NCBI RefSeq assembly: GCF_018350175.1
Contig: NC_058368.1
Span: forward strand, 66,962,001 to 67,026,000
Direction: 5' to 3'
From: Felis catus
Taxonomy: Eukaryota
Length of the DNA stretch: 64,000 nucleotides
Shown here: positions 13,701 through 26,948 of the stretch, piece after piece
Layout of the letters: every line of letters begins with the position of its first letter
Numbering within the stretch: position 1 is the stretch's first letter
Made by a program: the position numbers and the translations under genes
Notes under the pieces: model-generated
The model's input: only the letters and a program-made list of their open reading frames with translations
Told to the model about the DNA's origin: nothing
Databases searched by the model: none

Positions 13701-16669
13701 TGATAGCTGTTGATCTGTGCCAACCCTTGGGGTGCAATCGTAAATAATGAATTTGCATGGAATCACTTTTCCACTGAAAACATTTTCTTGGTGCCAAAAG
13801 GAAAGGGGCCTTAGATGTAGAGAATCCATCCAAAAAAGTTTTGAAATCCGTTTTCCCAGATCCTTTCAGATAAGTAAGTTATTCCCTAAATATAATCTCA
13901 TCTTGCTATTCTCTTTGGGGAATGCGTTTAACTATTTAAAGACGCAAAGAAAGCGCAAAGGAGCGCAAAGGAAGTGTCCATTTTGGCTACCCATTCTGTT
14001 TGTAAAATTATTTAGAAAGCACTTTCATGTTTTACTTCCTCCATAAATTGTACAAATCAAGGAGTACATTCAAAGAATACAGTGTTTTCCCAAGTTCCCT
14101 GCGGGACTGGCCCCCAACTATCCCCACCGCTCCCTTGCCTCCCGTTCCCACGACGGCCCTGGCTGCTATCACACCTCTCCCAGTTCTGATCTCTGATGGC
14201 GTGGTCAGCAGTGACTGAGACGAGCCTGGCAGCGCGGGGCCGCCACAGAAGCTCACCGCTGCAGCCAGGATCACAGCGAGACAGAGCCAGGGAACAGGGC
14301 GCCGACCTGGCTCACCTAAACCGGGAACTCCAAGCAACATGTCTTCATTCTGCTCTGCAGAGACAGCTCCAAACTCCCTAGTTTCCTAAACCAGGGTGCT
14401 GAGACACAAGGAGACGGTTTCCTATTCATTTTGGTGGAAAGAGTGGTGGAAGTCGTCCTTTAAGGGACCAGGCCAACAGCTGTTCCCACCTCTGCAGCCA
14501 GTCACACTGTCAAGAGAGAGGGCTCTCAGCTCTAGCAAGGTAAGATTTCGAGTATCTTCTCCTGACGCTAGCCCATGACACTTAAGGGAATTAACCCCTT
14601 TTCCTAAATTGATTTTCTTTTAGTGCTGAGTGTGCCTTGAGTTAACTGTATCCAGCAGCCTTTGTTTCCTTACTGGAAAACAGGGCTAACCCTGTAGGGC
14701 TGCTGTGAGAATCAGGACCACCACCAGGGCTCGAGGTATGGGGCTAACATGTATCAGGAGCCCAGCCAAGCAGGGAACAGTGAGGGAACGTGGTTTTCAA
14801 ACTGCAGGTGCAGCCAACGGATCATGAAATTAATTCTGTGCCTCATGACCATTTTGTCTTTTCTATGAACTAGAACAGAATGGATATAATAGCAAGTAGA
14901 GTGCAGAGCACTAAGAGTAATCATGTTTTGTGGAATATTTGTGTCTGCATGAGTGTGCCCGCGGAATTGTGCTACACAGCAGTTGTAGGGGGGACTGCAG
15001 TCACCAATGTGCTCTGGTCCCTGGAGGAGCGGTTACCTGCCCGAGAACATTCTTGACATAAACAGGAACCCTGGCTCTGCCACATGCTCGTAAAGTGGGT
15101 TAAACTCATTGTGCCTCAATTTTTAAATGGGTCAGATGAAGATAACCATAAAATTGTGAGGATGAAGGCGGAGACAGTAGGGAAAGAGGCTCAAATATGT
15201 GAAGGATTCCACAAATATTAGGAGTTATTCACACTTGTGTAACTCATCTGGGATTAAAACAAGCACAGGAGCAACAGAAATTGGAGACACAGCCTCCGGA
15301 AGAGCTAGAAAAAAGCGAGCATGTGGGGGGAGTGGAGAAAGGATGCCAGGGTCTTCAGGGGGCACTGCAGCGTATCAGTGGGGTACAGAGCGGTGGTCGG
15401 GAAAGAGCAGGTGGGAGGGAGGCCAGAAAACAAAGTGATGTTCTCTCTTGTTCCTTGCGAGAAGAACGCTGATAGGTTTCTGTTACACTTTACCCTCGAA
15501 TTCTTATTGTGCACACTTTTGTTTCACTCTTTTAAGTTTATAGAAATAATCTGGTTTGTGTGATAAGCAACAGATGTAAAGGAAATCACCAGGGATCACA
15601 AAAACATAAATAGAAATTAAAGAGCAAAGTCCTTACAGAACCTGTTACTTACTTTTACGTAAGTAACCAGAACACCCAAAAGGCTAGTGCCCTGATCCTT
15701 AGTAAAAATAGTAACTATTTCCTAAGAATTTCTAAGAGCAAGGCATTGGGCCACAGACGTTTTCTCATCCGGTTAAATCTTCATGACAAACCTGTGAGGC
15801 AGCAATTACTAGACCTGGCTTAAAGACGAGGACACTGGAGCTCGGAGGCCAAGTGATGTCATCAGGGTCACTCACACAGTCCTGAGACTGGGCAGGAATA
15901 AAAATATGGGTCATGTGATCTTAAAGATTCTATCCTGGCTGCCTCCTAGAAGATACCCTGGGACCCTTTACACATTACACGGTCTCTCTAGACTCTCTTT
16001 AATCAACAAACATTGCCCCTTAGAGACAAAGGCACACAAAGTGAAAAATGAAAGGTTGTGTGTTTACAATGGTTGGTGATCATTATCTCCATGGGTACAA
16101 AGCTTAGTACTGTTTTGTAAGCATGCTCTCCGGAGTATGCACCTACAGCATGCTCCAAAGTAGGGTGGGAAGTTATGGAAGAGGACCAAAACCTGTGGTG
16201 ATGTCAAGGTGTATTTAGTCTTTGCTCAGATGTGCTTCCAAAACATTACTGGCAGAGCCAAGAAACATCCAACGTTATTTCTTTATTTATACAGTTCTTT
16301 TATGTACACAAGCATACAACCATTTCTTATTAAGAAGCATTAAAAATAACACGGGACGTGTTCCTAGGTCCTTTCATCCAAGGACATGAAAGTACTTTAC
16401 AGGCACGCCCATTGTTTCTGCTCACTAATCTCGTTTGGCCCATTTCAGAGATAGGTACAACCGAAATACAAAACTTGGGAATTTCAACTCATTTACTTTC
16501 TACTGTAGTCACGAAGTCATGAATCTAACAGCCAGAGGAAATCTTTAAATATAGGGGTTGAAAGTGCTGCAAATTCCTTTCCATTTTTCCTGAAAGGGAT
16601 ATTTTAAAAAACAAATTTCTTTTTTCCGAATGGATAAAATAGATGAAGATGATAAGGTGACAGGTGGAG

Positions 16670-16785
16670 AAAAGGTCACCAGATGTACCGTGAGGACCAT
16701 TTCATAATGTATGTAAGTACCGAGTCACAGTGTTATACACCTGAATCTAATACTGTATGTCAATTATTCTTCAATTAAAAAAAAA
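16670..16785 (+). mobile_element. Short L1 3' end with A tail
   Basis: tgttatacacctgaatctaatactgtatgtcaattattcttcaattaaaaaaaaa. Confidence 0.7.
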
Positions 16786-16825
16786 GACAAAGCATAGAAG
16801 CATCAGGGATAGGAGTTATTAAAAA

Positions 16826-17730
16826 TTTTTTAATTGTGCTAAAGTACACATAACACAAAATTTACCACTTTAATCATTTTTAAGTGACCAATTCGGTGGT
16901 ATTAAAATGCATTCACATCACTGTGTAGCCATCACCACCGTCTAGGTCCACAATTCTTCTTTGTAATTCCAAACTCTGTATCCATTAAACTAACTCTCCA
17001 TCCCTCCCTCTAGCCCCTGGCGACCACCATTCTACTTCCTGTCTCCAGGAAACTGACTGCTTAAGTACTTCATGGGAGTGGAATCCTAGGGTATTTGTCC
17101 TTTTGTGACTGGTTTCTTTCACTTGGCACAATGTCAAAGTTCATCTATGCCTTAGCTCATGTCAGAATTTCCTTCCTTTTGCAGGCCGGATAATAGTCCA
17201 CTGTGTGAACACACCACACTTTCTCCACTCACCTACCTAAGGACATCTGGAACACTTACACAGTTTCGCTCTTGTGAATACCACTACTATGAATATGGGT
17301 GTACAAGTACCTCTTAGAATTTGTTTTCGATGATTTTGGCTACAAAATCAGAGGTGGAGTTGGTAATAGGATAAGATCATTCTATATGATCATTCCTATG
17401 TGATCCTATTTTTGTATTTTTAAGGAAACTCTGTTGTTTCCCACAGTGGCCTCATTTTATACCCACACAAGCAATGAACAAGGGTTCAAACTCTCCCACT
17501 AACTTCCAAGCACTTGGTGTTTTCTTTCCCTTCCCTCCCTCTCTCCCTCCCTCCCTTACTTTTTTTTTTTTTTAAGTAATCTCTATACCCAAGGTGGAGC
17601 TTGAACATATGACCCCAAGATTAAGAGTCACATGCTCTACTGAGCCAGCCAGGTGCCCCAGTGTTTTCCGTTTTATTGATAGTAGTGACTATTGGGGATG
17701 AGATGGCATCTCATTGTGGTTCTGAAAGGA
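16826..17730 (-). mobile_element. L1MB-like 3' fragment, interrupted by a short SINE (~17560-17660)
   Basis: acataacacaaaatttaccactttaatcatttttaagtg…agcccctggcgaccaccattctac…gagatggcatctcattgtggtt. Confidence 0.8.
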
Positions 17731-17744
17731 GTATCCTGATTTAA

Positions 17745-17957
17745 AAAAAAAAAAATTTTTAATGTTTGAGAGAAAGTGTGCGTGCACATGCATGAGTAGG
17801 GGAGGGGCAGAGAGAGACAGAGAGAGGGAGACACAGAATCTGAAGCAGGCTCCGAGCTGTCAGCACAGAGCCTGATGCAGGGCTCAAACACGCTGATGGC
17901 AAGATAGTGAACTGAGCCAAAGTCAGATGCTCAACTGACTGAGCCACCCAGGCTCCC
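17745..17957 (-). mobile_element. CAN-SINE
   Basis: Typical body and head. Confidence 0.88.
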
Positions 17958-18765
17958 AATACCTTCTGAATTTTTACTGAAACTGAAATGATGGACCACA
18001 AGGAATGAAAGGTGCTTCTACTGTGCATTATCCAATCACTAAAACATTTCCTGAAAGTCATACTTCTATTAAGAAGCAGAATAAGGGAACAGAATCAAAG
18101 CCCAGAAAGAGATGGCCAACTGCACCCTCCATCATCACAGCAGCCAGGTCCTGGGTCTGCGAGCAGCACTCCACAGCCGCTGACCCAGTCCTCACAACGG
18201 CTCCAGGAGATGCCTTTTGTGGGAGAGAAACCTGAGGTCCAGAGACATGGGATTCCTTGTCCTGTATTTTTCTCACTATTCTCTACTGCTTCCTGGTTAC
18301 AATCATTTACTAATGGCTAGATTCTAAGTCTCCCCAAAGCATCCATATACACAGTAATTCTCAAAGCCCACCAGTTTCACAGAAAGCCCTCCATGGAGAG
18401 AATTACCTTTGAGAAGTTACATTTCCTACAGCAAAAGTCTACCACTAAAACATTTAAAATCCACATTTCCCTACAGAAGCCTCTCAGGAGCTAAACCTAT
18501 CATTCATCATTTTCTTTTCAGAATCATGTGGTTATCAGTGGATAACTCTGGGGTACTTGGGGAAGTTAGAGTCCAGACATTTCACCGGGTAAGTTATTAA
18601 ATCACACACACATGCACGTGCACGCGCCCAAAAACAAAACCTGGTATCCGATGAAAATACTTCCTGTTAAAAATATGTTCTATTGGGGCAAAAGGATCAA
18701 TCCTTCAACTTAAAAAAAAAAAAAAAAGGAATAAAAGTAAAAGCAATTAAACTTAGGTTCTCTTA

Positions 18766-19005
<240 letters not shown>

Positions 19006-19063
19006 TCAGGAGAAACTCTGGTTGTTGAAGACAGATTAAGGAAGTTCTATATTGAATGTAGTC

Positions 19064-19287
19064 CAAGAGTTTCTCAACTTTGGCACTGTTGACATTTTGG
19101 GCTGGATTATTCTTTGTTGTAGAGAGCTGTCCTGTACATTGTAAAATGTTTGTTGCTATCCCTGCGCTCTACCTACTAGATACCAAAAGCACCTCCCGAT
19201 TGTGGCAACCGAAAATGTCAGACATTAACAAATGTCCCTTGTGTCCCTTCGGTGGGTGGGGGAACTGCCCCTGGTTGAGATCCATTG
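19064..19287. mobile_element. MER20 (hAT-Charlie DNA transposon)
   Basis: Matches the MER20 consensus as recalled along its length; imperfect TIRs caagagtttctcaac…ggttgagatccattg. Confidence 0.88.
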
Positions 19288-20257
19288 GTCTAAAGAAAAG
19301 TTAAAAATAGCACAATCAGCCTGCCAGCAGTGAAAACCCAGCAATCTACTAAGGGTTGATAAGTAAGTTTCAAAATTAGCTTTATTCCTAGTGTCTGGTT
19401 ATTTTGAACCTTAAGAATTTCTTGGATAATTTTAGTTTGTCAACAAGTCAGAAGCAATACATAAACAGGTAATCATTTTCCCAGAATTCTATTACATAAG
19501 AGGTGATATAATTATTCTTTGGTAGAACAACCAAATCATTTCTGGCTATTAAACACCTGATTACATTCTGTCTCAAAAGGAAACATCTTAACGTTTTAAA
19601 ATGCAAGTCTCAGTGTCTTAAAAAACAGTAGCCAGTAGCTGAAATACCCATAATGAGATCATCATCGACAACAACAACACAAATAACATTTGCTATTTAT
19701 ATGGGGCCTTTCATCTGAGCAGTTCAAAAGGCATTTTACAAAGTAATTAATACTCACAATTACCCCCTTGGGAAAAATACGTGTCCAGTATCAGTCTGGT
19801 TATTAGAACCAAAGCACAAGGAAATTAAATACACTGACAATAAGATCAAAGAATCAATATAAAGCAGGTAAAATGCCAGTCAAGAACGAAACTGTATTGC
19901 ACAAAATTTGTTGTCAGCTGTGTGCATTTAAACCTATATGCAGAAACTGTTGTGGGTTGTTTTTTTTTTTTTTTTTTTTAAACCAAAGAGCTTACCCAAC
20001 TACAAATTCCCTGGTGGGAGCTTCCCAAGAGATGATATCATCTCATCTAGGTATCTGGAATCAATGAAGGGCACAGGACAGGCTTTCAAACATTTGTAAA
20101 TTTTTAAAACTCACAACTTTCAACAGAGAATAACTTTCTGAGCACTGATTCTATGCTGGGAACTTTACATATTATCTCATTTGAGTACTTCCCAAGTTTT
20201 AAAGCTTAACTTACACAACGATCACTGATGGCATTTCAAGAGCGAGTCTACTTTTAC

Positions 20258-21402
20258 AGAGATAAACGTTAGGAAAAGTGGCTTCACCAAATTTTATAAT
20301 CTTCATAGCCACTTTATACCTTACAGTAGGTCCTAGTTTATATTTCACAGATGGGTCATTTTCTGAACATGGGTAGGTCCTAGTATACTAGTCTAGACAT
20401 ACATGGCTTCTGTGTGCTTCTGTGTATCTCTCCGTGTTCTCAAATGTAAATCAACAGGTATCAAGATACAGGCAAGAATTGTGTCTCTGAGAAAGTGTGT
20501 ACGTTCCCGTGCTATCATCACAACTATAACTGATCCATCTGTGCAAACTGGAACATTTGTAGACTTTTGGTAAAGGGCTGGGATATGAGAGGGGGGCAGA
20601 GGCCTGCCCACAACCACAGGTCTGTGGTCTCCAAACTCAAGTGAGGGTAAAAACAAACAGGAAATTCAAAGAAAACCTGGTTCTGGCTATTTCCCTCTAC
20701 TCTCCAGTCATCAAAACCATAGCCTGTGTCTTTCACAGTTCACCAAGAGGTTGTATTACATAAGAGGTGTATTACATAAAAGGAAATTTCCCACGGAGAA
20801 TATCACCAATATCAGTTAGTTTACATTCTCAAAACCAAAGAAATACTTGAAGATACTCTTATTTTAGCTGATTTGCAACTATCCCCATATGTTTCCCCAA
20901 CTAGGCTGAGGCTGGTTCCTGACAACCACACCAGCACGTTAGACATTTCTAGATCAAATCTAGATCAAGTTCTCTTTCTAGATCAAATAAGAGATAAACA
21001 CAAGGAAAGTGGCTTCACCAAATTTTATAATCTTTATAGCCATTTTGTACCTTATGGTAGGTCCTAATCTATATTTCACAGAGGAGTCATTTTTTTTTTT
21101 AATTTTTTTTTTCAACGTTTATTTATTTTTGGGACAGAGAGAGACAGAGCATGAACGGGGGAGGGGCAGAGAGAGAGGGAGACACAGAATCGGAAACAGG
21201 CTCCAGGCTCTGAGCCATCAGCCCAGAGCCCAACGCGGGGCTCGAACTCACGGAGTGCGAGATCGTGACCTGGCTGAAGTCAGACGCTTAACCGACTGCG
21301 CCATCCAGGCACCCCCAGAGGAGTCATTTTCTACACATGGGTAGGTCCTAGTATACTAGTCTAGACATAACATGGCTTCTGTGTATTTCTCCGTGTTCTC
21401 AA
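20258..21402 (+). repeat. Local ~185-bp direct duplication (copy 1 20258-20443; copy 2 20990-21402, interrupted by a SINE)
   Basis: Both copies read agagataaac…aaagtggcttcaccaaattttataatctt…gggtaggtcctagtatactagtctagacata…tccgtgttctcaa. Confidence 0.93.
21094..21315 (-). mobile_element. Young felid CAN-SINE (SINEC_Fc-like)
   Basis: Carries the ttcagccaggtcacgatctcgc form; perfect TSD cagaggagtcatttt at 21079-21093 and 21316-21330. Confidence 0.95.
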
Positions 21403-21649
21403 CGGAGATCTCTTCTAGATCAAATGCAACATGATTAACACATAATTTCCCACTCAAAATAGCTGCTTTTCCAACTTCTCCATTTTAATCTCATGACTTC
21501 TTTCCTGGGCTCATGGGCTCAACACATTCACCCTCCTTCTCCAGCTTTCTCCTAGTCCCGCATGGTATCAAGCCCTAAAGATGCTACCTCCACAATGTTT
21601 TATGATTCAGTCCCTGACCTGAGTGCAAGGCTGTGTTACCTCGATTTAG

Positions 21650-21822
21650 TTTTTTTGAGAGAGAGCGTGCACGCGAGCAGGGGAGAGGGGCAGGAGAGAG
21701 AGAGGGAAAATCTTAAGGAGGCTCCAGGCGCCAGATGTGGGGCTCGATCCCAGGACCTTGGGATCATGACCTGAGCCAAAATCGAGGGTCGGACATTCAA
21801 CTGACTGAGCCACCCAGGGACC
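21650..21822 (-). mobile_element. CAN-SINE (older)
   Basis: Degenerate head and body. Confidence 0.82.
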
Positions 21823-22059
21823 TCTGCATTACCTTTTAGAAAACAAAACTCTTTTCTTGACCATAATCAGTGCAAATGAATGCAGAAACTTAATAAATAC
21901 TAGTCATAACCCTAACACTTTGATTTAAAACCATTCTTTAGAGGATGTATTTTCTGTCTGGAATTAAGTGTATGCATATGTTAAGATACAAGCTCGTATA
22001 TTTACACAAAATGAGATTAATGTGAACATATTGTAGTAATCTGTTTTCACTTAGTATTT

Positions 22060-22340
22060 CAAGAAAATATTTTAATGGCCATATAATATTACCGTATATG
22101 CGATCATTTATTTAACAAACCCTCCATTTGGGGACATTCAGGCTGTGTCCAATATTTTGCGATTGTAAGTAGTAACTCTGTGTTAAATATCCTTGAAGCC
22201 AAATCTCTGAAAACAGCCCTAATTACTTCCTTGAGATAAACTCTCAGATGTGGAATTGCTGAGAAACAGGTATAAGCACTTTCAAAGGAGGCTGTCAAGT
22301 ACTGCCAAACTACCCTCCAGAAACAGGACACCAGTTTTGG
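22060..22340 (-). mobile_element. Ancient L1M fragment
   Basis: ggacattcaggctgtgtccaatattttgcgattg…gtggaattgctg…actgccaaactaccctccagaaa. Confidence 0.65.
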
Positions 22341-24592
22341 CCCCCACCTGTTTTCTCTGTGCATTCACGCACCTGGGCGTGACAGCTTTGTTTTAATCCA
22401 CATCAGTCTGATTCCAAACAGTGGACTCACTTTCGCCATTACGACCTGCTAGGGGAACAGGGTGGCTACTGGCTCCCTCTCCCCTGCCTCTTCCCACCGT
22501 GGATCACGGGTGCCCTCCTCTCAGAATGAGCTTCTACAGGGCAGCTCCCTGCCTGTCATGCGGTCCCAGGAAGTCCCTTCTACGGGAGTGTTCCAACTGA
22601 CTCTCCGTCCTTAACCTCCATGAGTCGGCTCCCTTGGGGTGACCTGGAAGGTTGTGAAGATGAAACGTGAGAGTGTGTGCTACACACCTGGTAATTCATT
22701 CCCTCAAATGCTCTTCACTCGCTGGATCAAGGCATCACACCTCTGCTTACGCTGGTCCCACCAGCCCGGACGCCCTTCCCATGCTTTCCACCTGCTGAGA
22801 TCCTACCCACATGTCACCAAGTCTACCTCAAGTGCCTAATACCTCGGAAATGCTCCTCCTGTTCCTTCATGCGGGCTCCTCCCACCCAGAAGAGGTAGGT
22901 CATCTTTTTCTAAACTTCGATAAAAACTCTGACCGCCTTCTAGCTTATTTAGTAGCCATTTTTATACAACCTCCTTTCTTCTACTGGACTTTCTTCTACT
23001 GGGATCTGAAACAGATTCAGCTTCGTATTCTTTGTATTGCATGCGGTGTCCTGCGCCAAATGGGCATTTTGTACAGAATTGAGGTGTTTAAGTCAGGATG
23101 GGAGAAACTTATGGAAAATCTATCGCCATAGTGTTGAGGTACAGGATAAGCCGGACAGAGAAGACAGACGTGGCAAACAGATCCTATAACCATAAATACT
23201 AACTCAAATGGCCATGCCCTCATTTTTAGTTGTTGCAGACAACAACTTACACATCAAAACTGGTTATGGCCATTCTACACGATCGTCGTCTGAGCATTTG
23301 TTTTGTGCTGGTTTTGGTGCTGGGCGTCTCATCTCGTTGGAGGTGCACAACCCTAGAGGACCTATGACTTTCATTTTGCAAAAGAGAAGACAGAGGCTTA
23401 GTAAGGTTAATTAGCCTGCCTGAAGTAACAGAGTCCAAATGGGGCAGGACAGACTCAAACCCAGTTCTGCCTGTTCCTTGTCCATTCTGCTGATGGCCTC
23501 TTCATCACGTGGATGGCCTGGCACCTCGTTATGTCCCTCTGCCTGGCCCGAAGAAAGTGGGGAGAGGTGTGGCTGCCAGCAAGGAACTGGCCTACCCCAC
23601 AGATCCCATCACCTGATATTTAGAGCATGAAGTGGATACAGGGGAATATACTGTGGTGAGTGGACAAAAGAGCCCACAGCTCTGAGCAAAGAGGTGGTAC
23701 CTGTGGTCAGGTGGGCTAGTTGTCAACAGGAAGAACAGGCACCTACGGCTGAAGCTAGGAGAAGAACATAGAGCACCTGGCCAACAGGCCAGACAGACCT
23801 AGTGTTCTGCTTGGGGCAGTGAGGCTAATTTTTCATCCCACTGGGTGGTGAAAGGGCCTTAGATATATTGCTACACTGGGCTGTCCCCGACTCTAGACCC
23901 AAATCCCTGTAGGAGGATATGGGGAAGCCACAGAGAAAAAGGAATGTTGTCTATGAGGCAGCCAGACTACACTGAAAAGGCAAATGCATGCTTAAACCTG
24001 GAGTCATAGAGAATTAAATTCTAATGTAAATTCATGACTTGCAGAATAGAAAAGTAAATAAATCAGCAGGGTGGTAGCATAGAACTTTCTAGAGTGTCAT
24101 GCTCAGTCACAGAGGGTGGGATAATTCATGAGCCCAATTTCAAACTGTCAAAGGATATTTCCTAGAAATCATGAGTTAGAGTCATCCACAACTGCCTGTG
24201 GGAGAGAGGACTTTACCAGGGTGGTGCCTTGTTCCAAGGCAATTCAGAGACAAGAGGTCTGGGTGGGCCTGAGAGTCAGCATTTCCAAGAAGCTCCCAGG
24301 TGACACAGGTACCACAGCCTGGATAGCAAGGAATTAAGAAGTCAGCAGGGGAAGGGAGGCAAGCTGGAGTGAGGGGAGGGGTTCTTGAAAAAATATTATG
24401 TAAAAAAGAAGAAAATGTAGGAAACTAGTATTTTTGCACGTTATAGCAAAGTCTAGTACACATCTGTAAAAATGTATTATCCAAGTAATAGGTCTGAGCA
24501 AGAAAAAAAAAAATAACAAACCAAAATCAATCTACTTCTAGAGCTGGAAAATGCTTTAAAATGGCCCAGTACTCTTTAAAATGATCAAATCT

Positions 24593-24810
24593 GGGGCGCC
24601 TGGGTGGCGCAGTCGGTTAAGCGTCCTACTTCAGCCAGGTCACGATCTCGCGGTCTGTGGGTTCGAGCCCCGCGTCAGGCTCTGGGCTGATGGCTCAGAG
24701 CCTGGAGCCTGTTTCCGATTCTGTGTCTCCCTCTCTCTCTGCCCCTCCCCCGTTCATGCTCTGTCTCTCTCTGTCCCAAAAATAAATAAACGTTGAAAAA
24801 AAAAATTTTT
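24593..24810 (+). mobile_element. Young felid CAN-SINE (SINEC_Fc-like)
   Basis: Near-consensus and CpG-rich; TSD aaatgatcaaatc. Confidence 0.95.
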
Positions 24811-25843
24811 TTTTAAATGATCAAATCAACCACAAAATCATCTAAATGAAAAATGCAGCCAGTGTTTAGAATCTAACCAGGAAGCCTCGGGTGCTATTTA
24901 CCTCATTTGGGCTCTTTATTTTTACTTGTTATTTCTTCCATTAACTAGAAACCTGTTTACTACCTGTTACATTTTCCTGTTTATTAGAACTCCGGGGAAT
25001 CTGGACAGTAGAGGAAAAAGCTGGAAGAATAAAGCACTGCTTCTGCTGTGTTGGCACATTCCCACATCGTCGACCCCACAACAGCCTCTCCCGAGCAAAC
25101 CCAACCCCAAAGGACGGGGGCGGTGGTGTCCCTAAATGCTGGGGTGGGTGGGGAGGAAACGATACCTGGGACCTACATAGGCAGTGAAGTCACTTCGTGA
25201 CTCTGAAGCCTGGATATGATCACCAATGACATAAACGGAGCCAAAGGCGACACCACCAGTGGACCAAGACACAAAAGTTATTGGCATTATTGCAACTATC
25301 TCCAAATTCGATCCCTACCCCCAACATTGAGAATCTCAGAGAATCCTATGATTTGGGGGTAAAGACCAAAAAATACAAATCTGTTATGTTTCTAAGTTGT
25401 ACTACAGTTTCTTAGGTGATTCATAATTTATGGCTTCAAGAGAAATTTAAGATGCATGCAGATTAACAGAATTACGTTTAGAACATGCCATCTGATGGAC
25501 ACGCTGTGAGCCAGCAAACATCCCTGACGGTGCTCACAGGGACAGAACTTCATTAAGAGCTACAGTTAACGTTTCCCGGCACAGCAGCCCTCTCCTCACC
25601 TGCATTAAGGCCGGAAATAATCAGGAGCCAGCTTTTGCCATGTGATTTACTACAGCTGCTCCCTGGGTATCATTTGGGCATTAAGTTCAACATTTCTTCT
25701 TCCGTGTTGCAAGGGTATAATCATCACATTATGGCTACAGTCCACTCAACGGGTCTGTGGTAGAAGGAGCTTGAAAGAATAGTTCTTCAGATATCTAACA
25801 CATCTAGGTGCGGGGTCGCTTGCAGGAGCTGGCTGGGAAGTAT

Positions 25844-26057
25844 TTTTTTTTTTTCAACGTTTATTTATTTTTGGGACAGAGAGAGACAGAGTATGAATGG
25901 GGGAGGGGCAGAGAGAGAGGGAGACACAGAATCGGAAACAGGCTCCAGGCTCCGAGCCATCAGCCCAGAGCCTGACGCGGGGCTCGAACTCACAGACCGC
26001 GAGATCGTGACCTGGCTGAAGTCGGACGCTTAACCGACTGCGCCACCCAGGCGCCCC
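25844..26057 (-). mobile_element. Young felid CAN-SINE (SINEC_Fc-like)
   Basis: Near-consensus; TSD tgggaagtat. Confidence 0.95.
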
Positions 26058-26274
26058 TGGGAAGTATGTTTTTGATACTGGTTGCTTCACACCTGCACGT
26101 TACTCCCTCCCGTCCCAGCCAGCAGACCCTCAGCACCCACTGTGTGCCCTGCAGGATGCCATTTTCTGGGGGAACAAAGATGAAAATAGGATGCTCCCTG
26201 GCCTGAAGCAGCCTCAGGGTACTGTGAGATACAGACCCCAAGTGGCACAGCAGGCTGCAAGTGCTACCTTTTAT

Positions 26275-26735
26275 GCTTTAATTTTATGTTTTTGTGGTAA
26301 AATGCACAGAACACAAAATTTACCAGCCCATTTCTTAGGTGTACACTTCAGGGGTGTTACATACACTCACACGGTCGTGCAATCTCCAGAATCCTTCTTG
26401 CCTTGCAAAACTCAAACTCTGTCACCATGAGACACTAACTGCCCACTGACTGCCCCCGAAGCCCCTGGCACTCATCTCTCTATTGTTTGTGTCTGTGGAT
26501 CGGAGCAGGCTAGGAATCTCGCATCACAGGCTCTGTCCTATTTTGCCCTCAAGCTGATTTCATTTAGCACAATGTCCTCGACGTTCTTGCCGTGTCAGAA
26601 TTTGCTTCCTTGTTAAGGCTGGAATACCCCACTGTGTGGACGGACCACATTTGCTTATCCACCCATCCACTGATGAAGAACGTGCAGTGCTTCCACTCCA
26701 GGCATCCATAATGCTGCTAGAAAGTCAGGTGTGCT
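26275..26735 (-). mobile_element. L1MB-like 3' fragment
   Basis: ttgtggtaaaatgcacagaacacaaaatttacc…gcccctggcac…tttgcttatccacccatccactgatg. Confidence 0.75.
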
Positions 26736-26751
26736 ATGCCCGTGATCTTCA

Positions 26752-26948
26752 GGGGCGCCTAGGTGGCTCAGCCGGTTGAGCATCGACTCTTTATTTCAGC
26801 TCAGGTCATGATCTCACGGTTTCTGAGTTCAAGCCCCGCGTCAGGCTTCGTGCTGACGGTGCAGAGCCTGCTTGGGATTCTCTGTCTCCCTCTCTCTCTG
26901 CCCCTCCCCTGTCCGCATGCGCTCTCAAAATAATAAACATTTTAAAAA
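26752..26948 (+). mobile_element. CAN-SINE
   Basis: ggggcgcctaggtggctcag head, aataaa tail. Confidence 0.9.
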
